Source: Minisyncoccales bacterium | Lineage (GTDB): Bacteria > Patescibacteriota > Minisyncoccia > Minisyncoccales > JAGMDC01 | NCBI GenBank assembly: GCA_049642725.1 | Contig: JBARPC010000027.1 | Location: 1,010 to 65,009 of the forward strand | DNA length: 64,000 bases | Direction of reading: 5' to 3' | Shown: in pieces, positions 35,332-44,787 of the stretch | How the letters are laid out: every line of letters starts with the position of its first letter | How positions within the stretch are numbered: the stretch's first letter is position 1 | Made by a program: the position numbers and the translations under genes | The notes under the pieces: model-generated | Told to the model about the DNA's origin: nothing | Database searches by the model: none | The model's input: the letters and a program-made list of their open reading frames with translations, nothing else

Positions 35332-35427
35332 ATGAATTTAAAAAAAACAATATCTACAAAAACAGGATCTGTAATTATTATTTTAGCTTTTCTTGCTGCT
35401 GTTAGCGTGATTTTATCTTACCAATAA
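35332..35427 (+). CDS. Possible 31-aa membrane peptide
   Basis: ATG ORF MNLKKTISTKTGSVIIILAFLAAVSVILSYQ followed directly by a strong terminator. No homology evidence. Confidence 0.3.
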   Translation: MNLKKTISTKTGSVIIILAFLAAVSVILSYQ

Positions 35428-35430
35428 ACT

Positions 35431-35459
35431 AAAAAACTGCGGCTTAGCCGCAGTTTTTT
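35431..35459. terminator. Bidirectional rho-independent terminator
   Basis: A-run, CTGCGGC-tta-GCCGCAG, T-run. Lies between the small + strand ORF and the 3' end of rpsR (- strand). Confidence 0.75.
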
Positions 35460-35476
35460 GTATGAAAAAATAACAA

Positions 35477-35674
35477 TTATTTTTCTGTAGGGGATAATAA
35501 TCCCAAATGGCGGGCTCTTTTAACTGCTTGCGATAATCTTCTTTGATGCATGGCGCAGAGCCCTGTTTTTTTACGAGGTCTTATTTTTCCTAAACCAGAA
35601 ATAAACCTACGGAGAATTTCGGTCTCCCTAAAATTTATTTCTTTTGTATTTTTTTTACAAAAATAGCAATCCAC
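35477..35674 (-). CDS. rpsR: 30S ribosomal protein S18
   Basis: CYFC...ILRRFISGLGKIRPRKKTGLCAMHQRRLSQAVKRARHLGLL. Confidence 0.93.
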   Translation of the reverse strand: MDCYFCKKNTKEINFRETEILRRFISGLGKIRPRKKTGLCAMHQRRLSQAVKRARHLGLLSPTEK

Positions 35675-35689
35675 GTTCGCTTACGCTCA

Positions 35690-35811
35690 AAACCAAAACT
35701 TAAAACAAAAAAGCTAAAAATATAACCAAAAAATAAAAATTAAATTAATAATTAAGAACTTTTTGATTTTGACTTGTATTTTTTTGTTTTGTATTTTGTA
35801 TTTTGGGTTTT
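35690..35811 (-). repeat. Intercistronic A/T-rich repeat, copy 2 (ssb-rpsR spacer)
   Basis: Reverse complement matches the rpoB-rpoC spacer repeat. Same orientation relative to transcription. Confidence 0.75.
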
Positions 35812-36770
<959 letters not shown>

Positions 36771-36805
36771 AGCATTTTACAATAAATTGGTCAATCCTAT
36801 AGTGG

Positions 36806-38494
36806 TTAAACTTCTATAATCACTGGTAAAACCATCGGTCTTCGCCGGGTTTTTTGAAATAAAAATTTACCGATTTTTTCCCTTACTTCTTCCTTAATAT
36901 TAGTCCAATTGATTGTTTTTTCTGAAACAATAGCTTGATTTATAATGTCTATGACCTGCTTTCTGGTTGCAGCAAGCAATGGTTTTGATTCTCTTAAATA
37001 AACAAAACCTCTTGATATGATGTCTGGAGAACCTTTAACTTTCCCGGTCTTTTTATCAATTATTGCCACAATAACAAACATTCCGTCTTCAGCTAAAACG
37101 TGCCTGTCTCTTAAAACAATCTCGCCAACATCACCAACGCCTAAACCGTCAACCATTATATAGTTTGAGGGGACAGTTTTTTTCTCAATATAAATTTTTT
37201 CTCTGCTTAGATTAATTATTTGGCCATTTTCAGCTATTACTATGTTTTTTTCTGGAATATCACCTGAAGAATAAGCAATTTCAGCGTGATTAACCAACAT
37301 TGAATATTGGCCGTGAATGGGCATAAAGAATTTTGGTCTCATAATTTGGAGCATTTCTTTTAATTCTTCCCGCTGGGCATGGCCGCCTGCATGAATATCC
37401 ATCATTTTATAATGGAACACTTTTGCTCCCTGTCTTAGAATATTATCTTTAACAAACTGGACCGTTCTTTCATTTCCTGGTATAACCGAAGAGGAGAGAA
37501 TTACTGAATCTCCTTTTTTAAATCTTAAAAATGGATAGTCGCCATTGCTTATTTTCATTAACATTGACGAATCTTCTCCTTGGGCGCCAGTGCAGAGAAA
37601 AGTTATTTGAAAATCCTGCAGATTTTTCATTTCTTTGGCAGATATAAGAGTTCCTTTTTTTGTTTTAATATATCCCAACATTTTACAAATTTCTACATTA
37701 GTTTTCATTGAATATCCTTCTATAACCACTTTTCTGTTGTATTTTTCTGACAAAGTAATTATTTGCTGGATTCTGTTAATTAAAGAAGCAAAAGTAGCAA
37801 CAATAATTCTCCCTTTTACTTTAATAAAGATTTTTTCTAAGTTTCTTTGGATGTCTTGTTCTGAAAGAGAATGGTTTTCTTCTTCAGCTCCAGTGGAATC
37901 AGACATTAATAACAAAATTTTTCTTTGAGAAAGCTCTTTCAGTTTCCTAAAATCAGTAGGCAGTTCATTTACTGGCGCATTATCAAATTTAAAATCAGAG
38001 GTGTGTAAAATATTCCCTGCTGGTGTTTGAATAAATAATCCTAAATTATCTGGAATATTATGGTTCATTCTAAAAAATTCAATTTTAAAAACACCAAGTG
38101 TTATTTTGCTTCCATTCTTTACTTCTTCTATGTTTAACTTTGGCTGGCTTGGAAAATCATCTTGTCTTTTCAGAATAATCCCTTTAGTTAATGGAGAGGC
38201 AAACATTGGCGGATTGCCGATTTTTTCAATAAAATATGGAACTGCGCCAATATGGTCATAATGTCCATGAGTAAAAACAATTCCTAAGATATTTTTCTTT
38301 TTATTATTAAGATAAGAGATATTAGGAATAATATAATCAATGCCGTGCATATCTTCTTCTGGCATTCTAAAACCCATATCAATAATCAAAATCTGGCCTT
38401 TGTATTCTAAGGCCATCATATTTCTGCCAACTTCGCCAAGCCCTCCTAAAGGGATGATTCGTAAGTTGTCGGTTATTTGTTGTTGAGGATTCAT
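36806..38494 (-). CDS. rnj: Ribonuclease J (beta-CASP metallo-beta-lactamase)
   Basis: HGHYDHIG motif, beta-CASP region and C-terminal domain. 562 aa. Confidence 0.92.
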   Translation of the reverse strand: MNPQQQITDNLRIIPLGGLGEVGRNMMALEYKGQILIIDMGFRMPEEDMHGIDYIIPNISYLNNKKKNILGIVFTHGHYDHIGAVPYFIEKIGNPPMFASPLTKGIILKRQDDFPSQPKLNIEEVKNGSKITLGVFKIEFFRMNHNIPDNLGLFIQTPAGNILHTSDFKFDNAPVNELPTDFRKLKELSQRKILLLMSDSTGAEEENHSLSEQDIQRNLEKIFIKVKGRIIVATFASLINRIQQIITLSEKYNRKVVIEGYSMKTNVEICKMLGYIKTKKGTLISAKEMKNLQDFQITFLCTGAQGEDSSMLMKISNGDYPFLRFKKGDSVILSSSVIPGNERTVQFVKDNILRQGAKVFHYKMMDIHAGGHAQREELKEMLQIMRPKFFMPIHGQYSMLVNHAEIAYSSGDIPEKNIVIAENGQIINLSREKIYIEKKTVPSNYIMVDGLGVGDVGEIVLRDRHVLAEDGMFVIVAIIDKKTGKVKGSPDIISRGFVYLRESKPLLAATRKQVIDIINQAIVSEKTINWTNIKEEVREKIGKFLFQKTRRRPMVLPVIIEV

Positions 38495-38504
38495 ATTATA
38501 TTAG

Positions 38505-38589
38505 TGCCGAGGGCGGGATTCGAACCCGCATGGAGTTTTCTCCACAACGTTCTGAACGTTGCGTGTCTAACCAGTTTCACCACCTCGGC
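38505..38589 (-). tRNA. tRNA-Leu (anticodon CAG)
   Basis: Reverse complement: acceptor GCCGAGG/CCTCGGC, anticodon arm CAACG-TTCAGAA-CGTTG, long variable arm, T-arm GCGGG-TTCGAAT-CCCGC. Confidence 0.85.
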
Positions 38590-38595
38590 AAAAGA

Positions 38596-39171
38596 TTATT
38601 TCAAAAAATCTAAATCTTTTGGCATTTTCTTTAGAGATTTTTCAAATCGCAGTTGAGGGATTTTTTTATAGTTTTTGTTTTTGAGCCAACCGGTTTTGGT
38701 ATAAAAATATCCCGCTCCCTTCATTTTTTCTAATTCGTCATAGATATTTTTATTTTTTATAGAAACCCAATTCGCGATTTTTAACTCTTTTTTTAAAGGA
38801 TTGATAGTTATGGCAGCATATTTTGGAGGAAAAATTACATATTCTCCCTTTTTTGCTTTAACAGCAATAATGTCTTCAATGGCCTTCCCTTTTGCTTTTT
38901 GCATCAAAAAAATCGCTTCTCCTTCAAGCACAATATAAAGTTCCTGTAAATCTTTTGAGTTCCTATTGCCTTTAGTTCTCACGAATTCCTTGCCTAACAT
39001 TCTTGGCGGAATAATTGTAATATCATATCTTAATTCGCCTTTTTTCTTCAAGCCACGGTGCATATAATACAACTCAAAATTCGGCGCATTTTTTGCCCAT
39101 TTTTTGTCATAGAGAACTGCCTTCATATCATTGAGATATCTTATATCTGGTTTTTTATTTTTTATTGCCAT
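38596..39171 (-). CDS. Cupin-type (archaeal-type) glucose-6-phosphate isomerase homologue lacking the metal-binding histidines
   Basis: Matches the cPGI signature T-x3-P-x3-G-x-E-x3-T-x-G...E-x-Y and PP-x3-(H)-x3-N, but reads TKGNRN and PPKYAAITIN where H-x-H and H are expected. Confidence 0.7.
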   Translation of the reverse strand: MAIKNKKPDIRYLNDMKAVLYDKKWAKNAPNFELYYMHRGLKKKGELRYDITIIPPRMLGKEFVRTKGNRNSKDLQELYIVLEGEAIFLMQKAKGKAIEDIIAVKAKKGEYVIFPPKYAAITINPLKKELKIANWVSIKNKNIYDELEKMKGAGYFYTKTGWLKNKNYKKIPQLRFEKSLKKMPKDLDFLK

Positions 39172-41186
39172 TTTCTCTTTGTTTTGATATACCAGTTTTC
39201 AATTTCATTAAATCTTTTTGAGGGATCAGCAATTATGCCTTGTTCCACTCCTTTTGTTTCTTTAGAAATAAAATAAAGATAATTCGGGCTGTATAAGAAA
39301 ATACATGGAGCATCGCTGATTAAAATTTCCTGGAATTTTTCTAACTTTTCTTTTCTTAATTCAATATCTTGAGTTTGTCTTGCATCTTCTAATAATTTAT
39401 CTGTTTCTTTGTTTTCATACATAGCTAAATTTAATCCCGGATGTATTTTTTGCAAAGAATGCCAGAAAGGATAAGGGTCGGGAATAACCGCTAATACTTC
39501 TCCGAAGAGCAGGGAGTCATATTTTCTTGGTTTTATAAAATTATTTTGAATGTTAGAAATAGAATAGCTTTGAATTTCAAGCTCTACTCCAATTTCTTTC
39601 CATTGTTCTTTTAATAATTCAGCTACTTTTTTAAGAACAGGGTCTTCAACTGTTACTAAGGAAAATTTTAGTTGTATGTTTTTGTAAGGGTCTCCAAAAC
39701 AAAGCTCATTAAGTTTTTCTCTAGTTGTTTTTCCCACTATTCCTGTTCCTTTTTTATATCCCCAGGGTTCAAGAATTTCTTCTTTATATTTTTCCTGAAA
39801 TCTAATTACTGCTGTTTTTGTTTTTGAGCCAAAATAACCAGTTATTTCTCCTTCTGGATATATTTCCGGCCCCACAATATCTGGATCAGCCAGGCATTTT
39901 TGGAGTTCTTCTACTTCTTTGCCTTTTGAACCGGTTGTTAATCTACTTTTGAATGTAAAAGCCAATTCTTTTTTAACAGTTTTTTCCCTGAAACCGCTTT
40001 CTGTTTCTTCAAATCCCTGCTCTGCTAAAATTTCTTTTGCCTTCTCTAAATTATACTCATAAATTTCAGCAGGCAGTTCAAAATCAAAAATTTCAGAAAG
40101 GATAGGTGATGCTATTGCCCTTCCCTGTCCTAATAAAGCTTTTTCAATAATTTCTTTTTTGTTAGTTCCAAAATTCAATGCCTGCCTTATATTTTTATCG
40201 TCTAAGATATTTGATTCATTAGGGTTAAAGAACACAGCAAAATATCTTGGCAGAACAAAGTTATATTCAGAAAAAGAAGTTCTAAAAAGATTCTTATTCT
40301 CAAAAGAGTTCAAAGAAAACCCTTTAATTTTATTTTGTTCGGCATCCTTAATAAGCGCTTCTTCGTTTTCAAAGAAATAAAAAATAATTTTAGAAATATA
40401 GGGCTTGTTATCAAAATAATTAGGATCTCTTTCTAATGTTAATGATTTTACAATACTTAGCTTTTTATCCGGGTCTATTTCTTTTTGGTCAACCTTTTTT
40501 ATTTTATAAGGACCGCAGCTTATTGGGTGAAGATTGTAAAAAGTTTGTGAAAAATTTTCAGGAGAAATATCCTGCCAGATATGGGCAGGCAGAATTTTTA
40601 AAGTTAATCGTTCTAAAAAGCCGCTGTATGGCTTGTTAAGTTTAAATTTAAGGGCATTATCTGATATTTTTTCTACTTCTACGCCTAACCAGTTTGTTCT
40701 AAGGTCGCTTTTATAATCAGAGTTTTGGATTGTTTTTATAGTAAAGATAATATCATCAGTAGAAAATTTTTCTCCATCTGACCAGACAATGTTTTCTTTT
40801 AAGTAAAAAATATATGTTCTGCCTTCGTCTTCTGATTTGTAATCTTTGGCAAGATCTGGAATAATTTCACCCTTATTATTGTATTTCATTAATCCAGAAA
40901 ACAATAATTCTGTTAAATCCCTGTCTACATCATTTGAAGTAGCATAAATAGGATTAATATATCTTGGCTGCCCGACAATTCCTTCAATATAAGTCCCTCC
41001 ATTTTTAGGAACGATTTCAGTGTTCTTGTAATATGAATTTGTTGCAAGGAATAAAGAAGAGAAAAGGAATAAACAAAAAAAGACAAGAAAACATTTTTTC
41101 TCTTTTTTATCTAAAGTTTTAAGCAATTGTTTCCATTGACCCAATGAAGGCCATTTTAGATTAGAGAACTTTTTGGAATGCATCAT
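39162..41186 (-). CDS. Family-5 ABC substrate-binding protein (Opp/Dpp-like) with an inserted peptidoglycan-binding (PG_binding_1-like) domain
   Basis: SBP_bac_5-type sequence (NGGTYIEGIVGQPRYINP...). The internal segment GSKGKEVEELQKCL...ITGYFGSKTKTAVIRFQEKY...GIVGKTTREKLNEL resembles a PG-binding repeat. The start is probably the MMHSKK methionines (about 41186), not 41249. Confidence 0.7.
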   Translation of the reverse strand: MMHSKKFSNLKWPSLGQWKQLLKTLDKKEKKCFLVFFCLFLFSSLFLATNSYYKNTEIVPKNGGTYIEGIVGQPRYINPIYATSNDVDRDLTELLFSGLMKYNNKGEIIPDLAKDYKSEDEGRTYIFYLKENIVWSDGEKFSTDDIIFTIKTIQNSDYKSDLRTNWLGVEVEKISDNALKFKLNKPYSGFLERLTLKILPAHIWQDISPENFSQTFYNLHPISCGPYKIKKVDQKEIDPDKKLSIVKSLTLERDPNYFDNKPYISKIIFYFFENEEALIKDAEQNKIKGFSLNSFENKNLFRTSFSEYNFVLPRYFAVFFNPNESNILDDKNIRQALNFGTNKKEIIEKALLGQGRAIASPILSEIFDFELPAEIYEYNLEKAKEILAEQGFEETESGFREKTVKKELAFTFKSRLTTGSKGKEVEELQKCLADPDIVGPEIYPEGEITGYFGSKTKTAVIRFQEKYKEEILEPWGYKKGTGIVGKTTREKLNELCFGDPYKNIQLKFSLVTVEDPVLKKVAELLKEQWKEIGVELEIQSYSISNIQNNFIKPRKYDSLLFGEVLAVIPDPYPFWHSLQKIHPGLNLAMYENKETDKLLEDARQTQDIELRKEKLEKFQEILISDAPCIFLYSPNYLYFISKETKGVEQGIIADPSKRFNEIENWYIKTKRKWQ

Positions 41187-41434
41187 TAGAGACCAAGAGT
41201 TAAAAGAGATAACCCTATAAAAAGTATTCCTAAGGCAATAGTAGCCCAAAATATTTTTTGCTGGATTCCTCGTCTAGTAGCGTAAAATCCACTGCCTTCA
41301 CCTCCGCCTCCGCCTCCAAAAGCAGAGCCAAGAGCAGTGCCTCTTTGTTGAAAAAGTATAAGGATAATTAAGAGAACGGCAATAGCGATTTGTATATAAG
41401 GAATATATGTAACCATAAAATTTCTAATTTTCAA
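41186..41434 (-). CDS. secG: Preprotein translocase subunit SecG
   Basis: Two TM helices separated by a Gly-rich loop (LFQQRGTALGSAFGGGGGGEGSG). The start may be the internal MVTY at 41416. Confidence 0.8.
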   Translation of the reverse strand: MKIRNFMVTYIPYIQIAIAVLLIILILFQQRGTALGSAFGGGGGGEGSGFYATRRGIQQKIFWATIALGILFIGLSLLTLGL

Positions 41435-41801
41435 TTATTGTTTTCTTTTTGGGAAAGAATTTAGGAATTATAAGATTGATTGTCCAGACAATAAGCGTTG
41501 TCCAGAAAAGTGGCACAATGCCTTTAATATCAATTTCTGGGAACAAAACATCTATTGTCCAGATAATGCCCATATTAATTACCAAACTAAATAATCCAAG
41601 AGTAATTATCCGCAAGGGCAGGGCAATAAGATTTAAAATTGGTTTAATAAAATAATTTATCAGACCTAAAATTAAACCAGCCCAAATAAAAATTTGCCAG
41701 GAATCTGTAATTTCTACCCCAGAAACAAATTGCGCAGCCAGCCAAATTCCTATTATCCCGGCAATAATCTTAAGAATTAGTTCCCTAAACACCGTAATCA
41801 T
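41424..41801 (-). CDS. Four-TM membrane protein of the phage-holin-4_2 / YvlD-like family
   Basis: 125 aa, four hydrophobic helices, pattern ...NYFIKPILNLIALPLRIITLGLFSLVIN... typical of the family (from memory). Confidence 0.5.
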   Translation of the reverse strand: MITVFRELILKIIAGIIGIWLAAQFVSGVEITDSWQIFIWAGLILGLINYFIKPILNLIALPLRIITLGLFSLVINMGIIWTIDVLFPEIDIKGIVPLFWTTLIVWTINLIIPKFFPKKKTIIEN

Positions 41802-41911
41802 AGTATCAGAAAATAATATAAAAGTAAAGTCCAGTCAAAAAAAAGTCTGGCATAGCAATATTAGCATAGCCAGAAAAGAAAGGAAAATTTTTTGGTTTTT
41901 TGTTTGTGCTA

Positions 41912-42544
41912 TTATCCCATTCCTCCGTCCCAATATGGTGTTTCGTCTCTACCGCGGTAAGTATGCAGGTAATAGTTGAAATACCAGGATTCATAGTTTT
42001 CTTCTGTTGGTGCGTCATTTCTTATTTTGATCGTGGCTTCCAACCTACACGTTGCTCCAGCCGGAATACTGTAAGGTACTACGCAATAATTATTATAGGT
42101 TTCTATTCCAGCTCCATCTGCGGTTATCGCCATTAGTTGTTCGTTAGAAGTTATTTCTTCTGTTATGGTGTCATTAGTTGTGAAGGTTTTTTGAAACAAT
42201 ACCTTCTTAACTGCAGGTTCTTCCGTACTTACTACACTGATTGAACACTGCTTTACTACTTCCCAATTTCCGGAGAAAGTGTTAGTCATTTCGTAGGAAC
42301 TGTTTTCGTTGTTGTTTTTTACTTCGTAACTCAAGGTAAAAACGTCTCCCGGATATACCTGTTCTGGTATACTTCCTTCAATAGTTGTTACTTCAATAGG
42401 TTCTTCGACTGGCACATGGGTATATTGTCCGTTTATCCATCTGCCGAGGTAGGATAATCCACCTCCAGCTCCAGCAGCTATTCCTATGGCTACTAACAAT
42501 ACTAAACCGATTGCTATTATTTTCTTCATTTCTTTCTTTTTCAC
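41912..42544 (-). CDS. Membrane-anchored/secreted hypothetical protein
   Basis: N-terminal TM/signal helix. Strong SD (GGAGGTGA) upstream, and composition visibly less AT-rich than its neighbours. No recognisable motif. Confidence 0.6.
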   Translation of the reverse strand: MKKKEMKKIIAIGLVLLVAIGIAAGAGGGLSYLGRWINGQYTHVPVEEPIEVTTIEGSIPEQVYPGDVFTLSYEVKNNNENSSYEMTNTFSGNWEVVKQCSISVVSTEEPAVKKVLFQKTFTTNDTITEEITSNEQLMAITADGAGIETYNNYCVVPYSIPAGATCRLEATIKIRNDAPTEENYESWYFNYYLHTYRGRDETPYWDGGMG

Positions 42545-42867
42545 CTCCTAAATCCTTTCTTCTTTTTCATTGCTTGTAAAATAAAACAAGCTCTTAAGAA
42601 CTGCTCGTATCATAACACCCCATAAGAATTTTGTCAAGAGTTGACATAGATTTTAAAATTGAAGATGAATTTTTAGATATTGTAAAAGATATTTTAAAGC
42701 CCTTAAAAAAGAGGGTTGTTTTTTTGAAAAATTTGTGCTAAAAATAAATAATGAGAGCTATTTGAGAACTGTTCTCGGATAGTTAATAAATAAAACAGCT
42801 GGCAGTTAAAAATAATAGCTAATGTAATTTTCCATTCGCTATTATTATAACTGAAAACAAAATATTT

Positions 42868-43854
42868 ATGAACAAACAAAATACTTCATTTTTAAACAAA
42901 GGGATTTCTACACCGATAGGAATTCTGATTATTGTTTTAACTGCCATCATCGCTGGCGGAGGGATTTTAGCCTATCAGTATTACTGGATGCCAGAAGAAG
43001 AGGCTAAAGAACATGAAGATCAAATGAAAGACGAAACCGCTGATTGGGAAACTTACAGGAATGAGTGGTATGGATTCGAACTAACTTTTCCTGAGAGATG
43101 GAAAGGATATGAGGTTAAGGAAGAAAGGGAGGGAATAGAATTTAGCCTTCAACATTCAAAAGACAAAGAGTATCGTCCAGTTTTTGGTATTATGATTTTT
43201 CCTAAAGAAATATGGGAACAATCTCAATCTAAAGAAAGCTCGAATGTCGGTACTTATATAGCCGAAAAAGGAAACAATGTTTTTAGTTATTATTTATGGA
43301 AAACCTATGGCGACGAAGGCTATGTTGGATTTCCAGAGGTTATCGCTGGTGAAATTTATCAAGGTCCATTTTTTGATGTACAAACAAAAATTATTCCTAC
43401 TTTTAAATTGATTAATCTTGGTGTTTGCGAATACCGTAAAGGAGAGTACGAAATGCGGGTTTATGATTCTCAAGGTAGGATTACAGGTTTAGTCAACGGT
43501 GAGATCAAAGAAGAAGTTCCCAATGCATTCTATGATCCCGAAAGCGGGGGTGTGGCTATTTTTGATCCTAAAAATTCTTATGTATATGAACTCTTTGGTA
43601 TCAAAGAAGGCAATTATCAATTTGGAAAATCCTCTATTCAGGGAGCAGAAACGGTCACTTTTAACGCCATTAATATTCCTATTTCCCCGGGAGAAACCCA
43701 TCGATATAAATTTGATTGGGATGCTTTACTTCGAGAAGAAGATGGCGCAACCCTTCTGATCGACGCTGATGGCGATGGCGTATTTGAAAAAACAATTAAT
43801 TCTGATATTACACTTACATGCCAGGAATTTATTACCATTACAGAGGCCGAGTAA
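42868..43854 (+). CDS. Membrane-anchored hypothetical protein
   Basis: N-terminal TM helix followed by a soluble domain. No recognisable catalytic motif. Confidence 0.6.
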   Translation: MNKQNTSFLNKGISTPIGILIIVLTAIIAGGGILAYQYYWMPEEEAKEHEDQMKDETADWETYRNEWYGFELTFPERWKGYEVKEEREGIEFSLQHSKDKEYRPVFGIMIFPKEIWEQSQSKESSNVGTYIAEKGNNVFSYYLWKTYGDEGYVGFPEVIAGEIYQGPFFDVQTKIIPTFKLINLGVCEYRKGEYEMRVYDSQGRITGLVNGEIKEEVPNAFYDPESGGVAIFDPKNSYVYELFGIKEGNYQFGKSSIQGAETVTFNAINIPISPGETHRYKFDWDALLREEDGATLLIDADGDGVFEKTINSDITLTCQEFITITEAE

Positions 43855-43947
43855 TAATGTTGAATCAAATTAAATTAAGAAAACTCTTCAACCAAACGCT
43901 TTCTACTTTTAGATTTTTGGAGTAGAATTTTCTAAAATACATTATTT

Positions 43948-43988
43948 ATAAAAAACGGCGTCATCGCCGTTTTTGTATTATTATTGTT
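43948..43988. repeat. Direct repeat 1 (terminator-like hairpin) flanking the AbrB/PIN cassette
   Basis: ATAAAAAACGGCGTCATCGCCGTTTTTGTATTATTATTGTT, compared with 44740..44779. Confidence 0.7.
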
Positions 43989-44014
43989 GACAGATTGTTT
44001 TAAAGATATATACT
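43987..44014 (+). promoter_or_regulatory. Sigma70-like promoter of the TA cassette
   Basis: TTGACA, 16 nt, TATACT, located 11 nt upstream of the ATG at 44025. Confidence 0.45.
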
Positions 44015-44024
44015 AAAATTAAAT

Positions 44025-44258
44025 ATGGTTACTCAAACAGTAAAAATTAAAAATGGAACCATTACTCTACCGGAAAAAATTAGAAAGTCCTGGAAAGGGG
44101 CAGAGATTTCTATATTTCCCTCTAAAGATACCTTGATTGTAAAGAAAATACAAAAACCCCTTTCTAAATTATCTGATTTAGCTCAAAGGATTTCTTCTCC
44201 AAAAATGAGTCAAAAAGAAGTTGAAAAAGAGGTTCAATACTACAGAAAAAATAAATAA
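44025..44258 (+). CDS. AbrB/SpoVT-domain antitoxin (VapB/MazE-like)
   Basis: N-terminal swapped-hairpin pattern VKIKNGTITLPEKIRKSW...GAEISIFPSKDTLIVKK. Lies upstream of the PIN gene with a 7-nt gap. Confidence 0.7.
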   Translation: MVTQTVKIKNGTITLPEKIRKSWKGAEISIFPSKDTLIVKKIQKPLSKLSDLAQRISSPKMSQKEVEKEVQYYRKNK

Positions 44259-44265
44259 AAAATAA

Positions 44266-44688
44266 ATGAGAATAGTTTTAGACAATAATGTTTTTATTTC
44301 TGGAATTTTTTGGCAAGGTGTTCCAAATGACATTATTAAACTATCAGAAAAAGGGGAATTAGAGATTTTTGCTACCAATGAAATTTTAGAAGAATTATTT
44401 GGTGTTCTCAAAAGAGAAAAATTTAGATTTTTATTTGAAGAAGCAAAAACAAATACCGATATAGTATTTGAGAAAGTTTTAGAGATAGTAAAAATTTGTG
44501 AACCGGTAAAAGAAGTTAGAATTATTGAAAAAGACCCATCAGATAATAAGTTTCTCGCCTGTGCAATTTCATGCCAAGCAACTTTTATTATTTCGGGTGA
44601 TATCCATTTACTTGAATTTAAAGAATTTCAAGAAATTTGTATTATTTCTCCAAGAGAATTTTTGAAAAAATTTAATAAGCTGATTTAA
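44266..44688 (+). CDS. PIN-domain toxin (PIN_3 / VapC-like)
   Basis: MRIVLDNNVFISG... (first acidic residue), TNEILEEL, and the distal ISGDIHLL acidic residue. Confidence 0.7.
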   Translation: MRIVLDNNVFISGIFWQGVPNDIIKLSEKGELEIFATNEILEELFGVLKREKFRFLFEEAKTNTDIVFEKVLEIVKICEPVKEVRIIEKDPSDNKFLACAISCQATFIISGDIHLLEFKEFQEICIISPREFLKKFNKLI

Positions 44689-44739
44689 AAATTTATTAAA
44701 GTTTAATTCAAAAAGAAATTAAAATAGCAAACAAAATTT

Positions 44740-44779
44740 ACAAAAAACGGCGTTATTGCCGTTTTTTTTGTTTATTGTT
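44740..44779. repeat. Direct repeat 2 (terminator-like hairpin) flanking the AbrB/PIN cassette
   Basis: ACAAAAAACGGCGTTATTGCCGTTTTTTTTGTTTATTGTT. Also serves as a bidirectional terminator between convergent genes. Confidence 0.7.
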
Positions 44780-44787
44780 TTCGGGAA

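Noticed and set aside
42766-42778. GAGAACTGTTCTC palindrome, also at 49930..49942, considered as a LexA/SOS (Cheo-box-like) operator.
   Set aside because: The spacing is GAAC-N1-GTTC, not the GAAC-N4-GTTC of known Gram-positive-type SOS boxes. The second copy is simply the tip of a hairpin between convergent genes, and neither copy is upstream of recA or another SOS gene.
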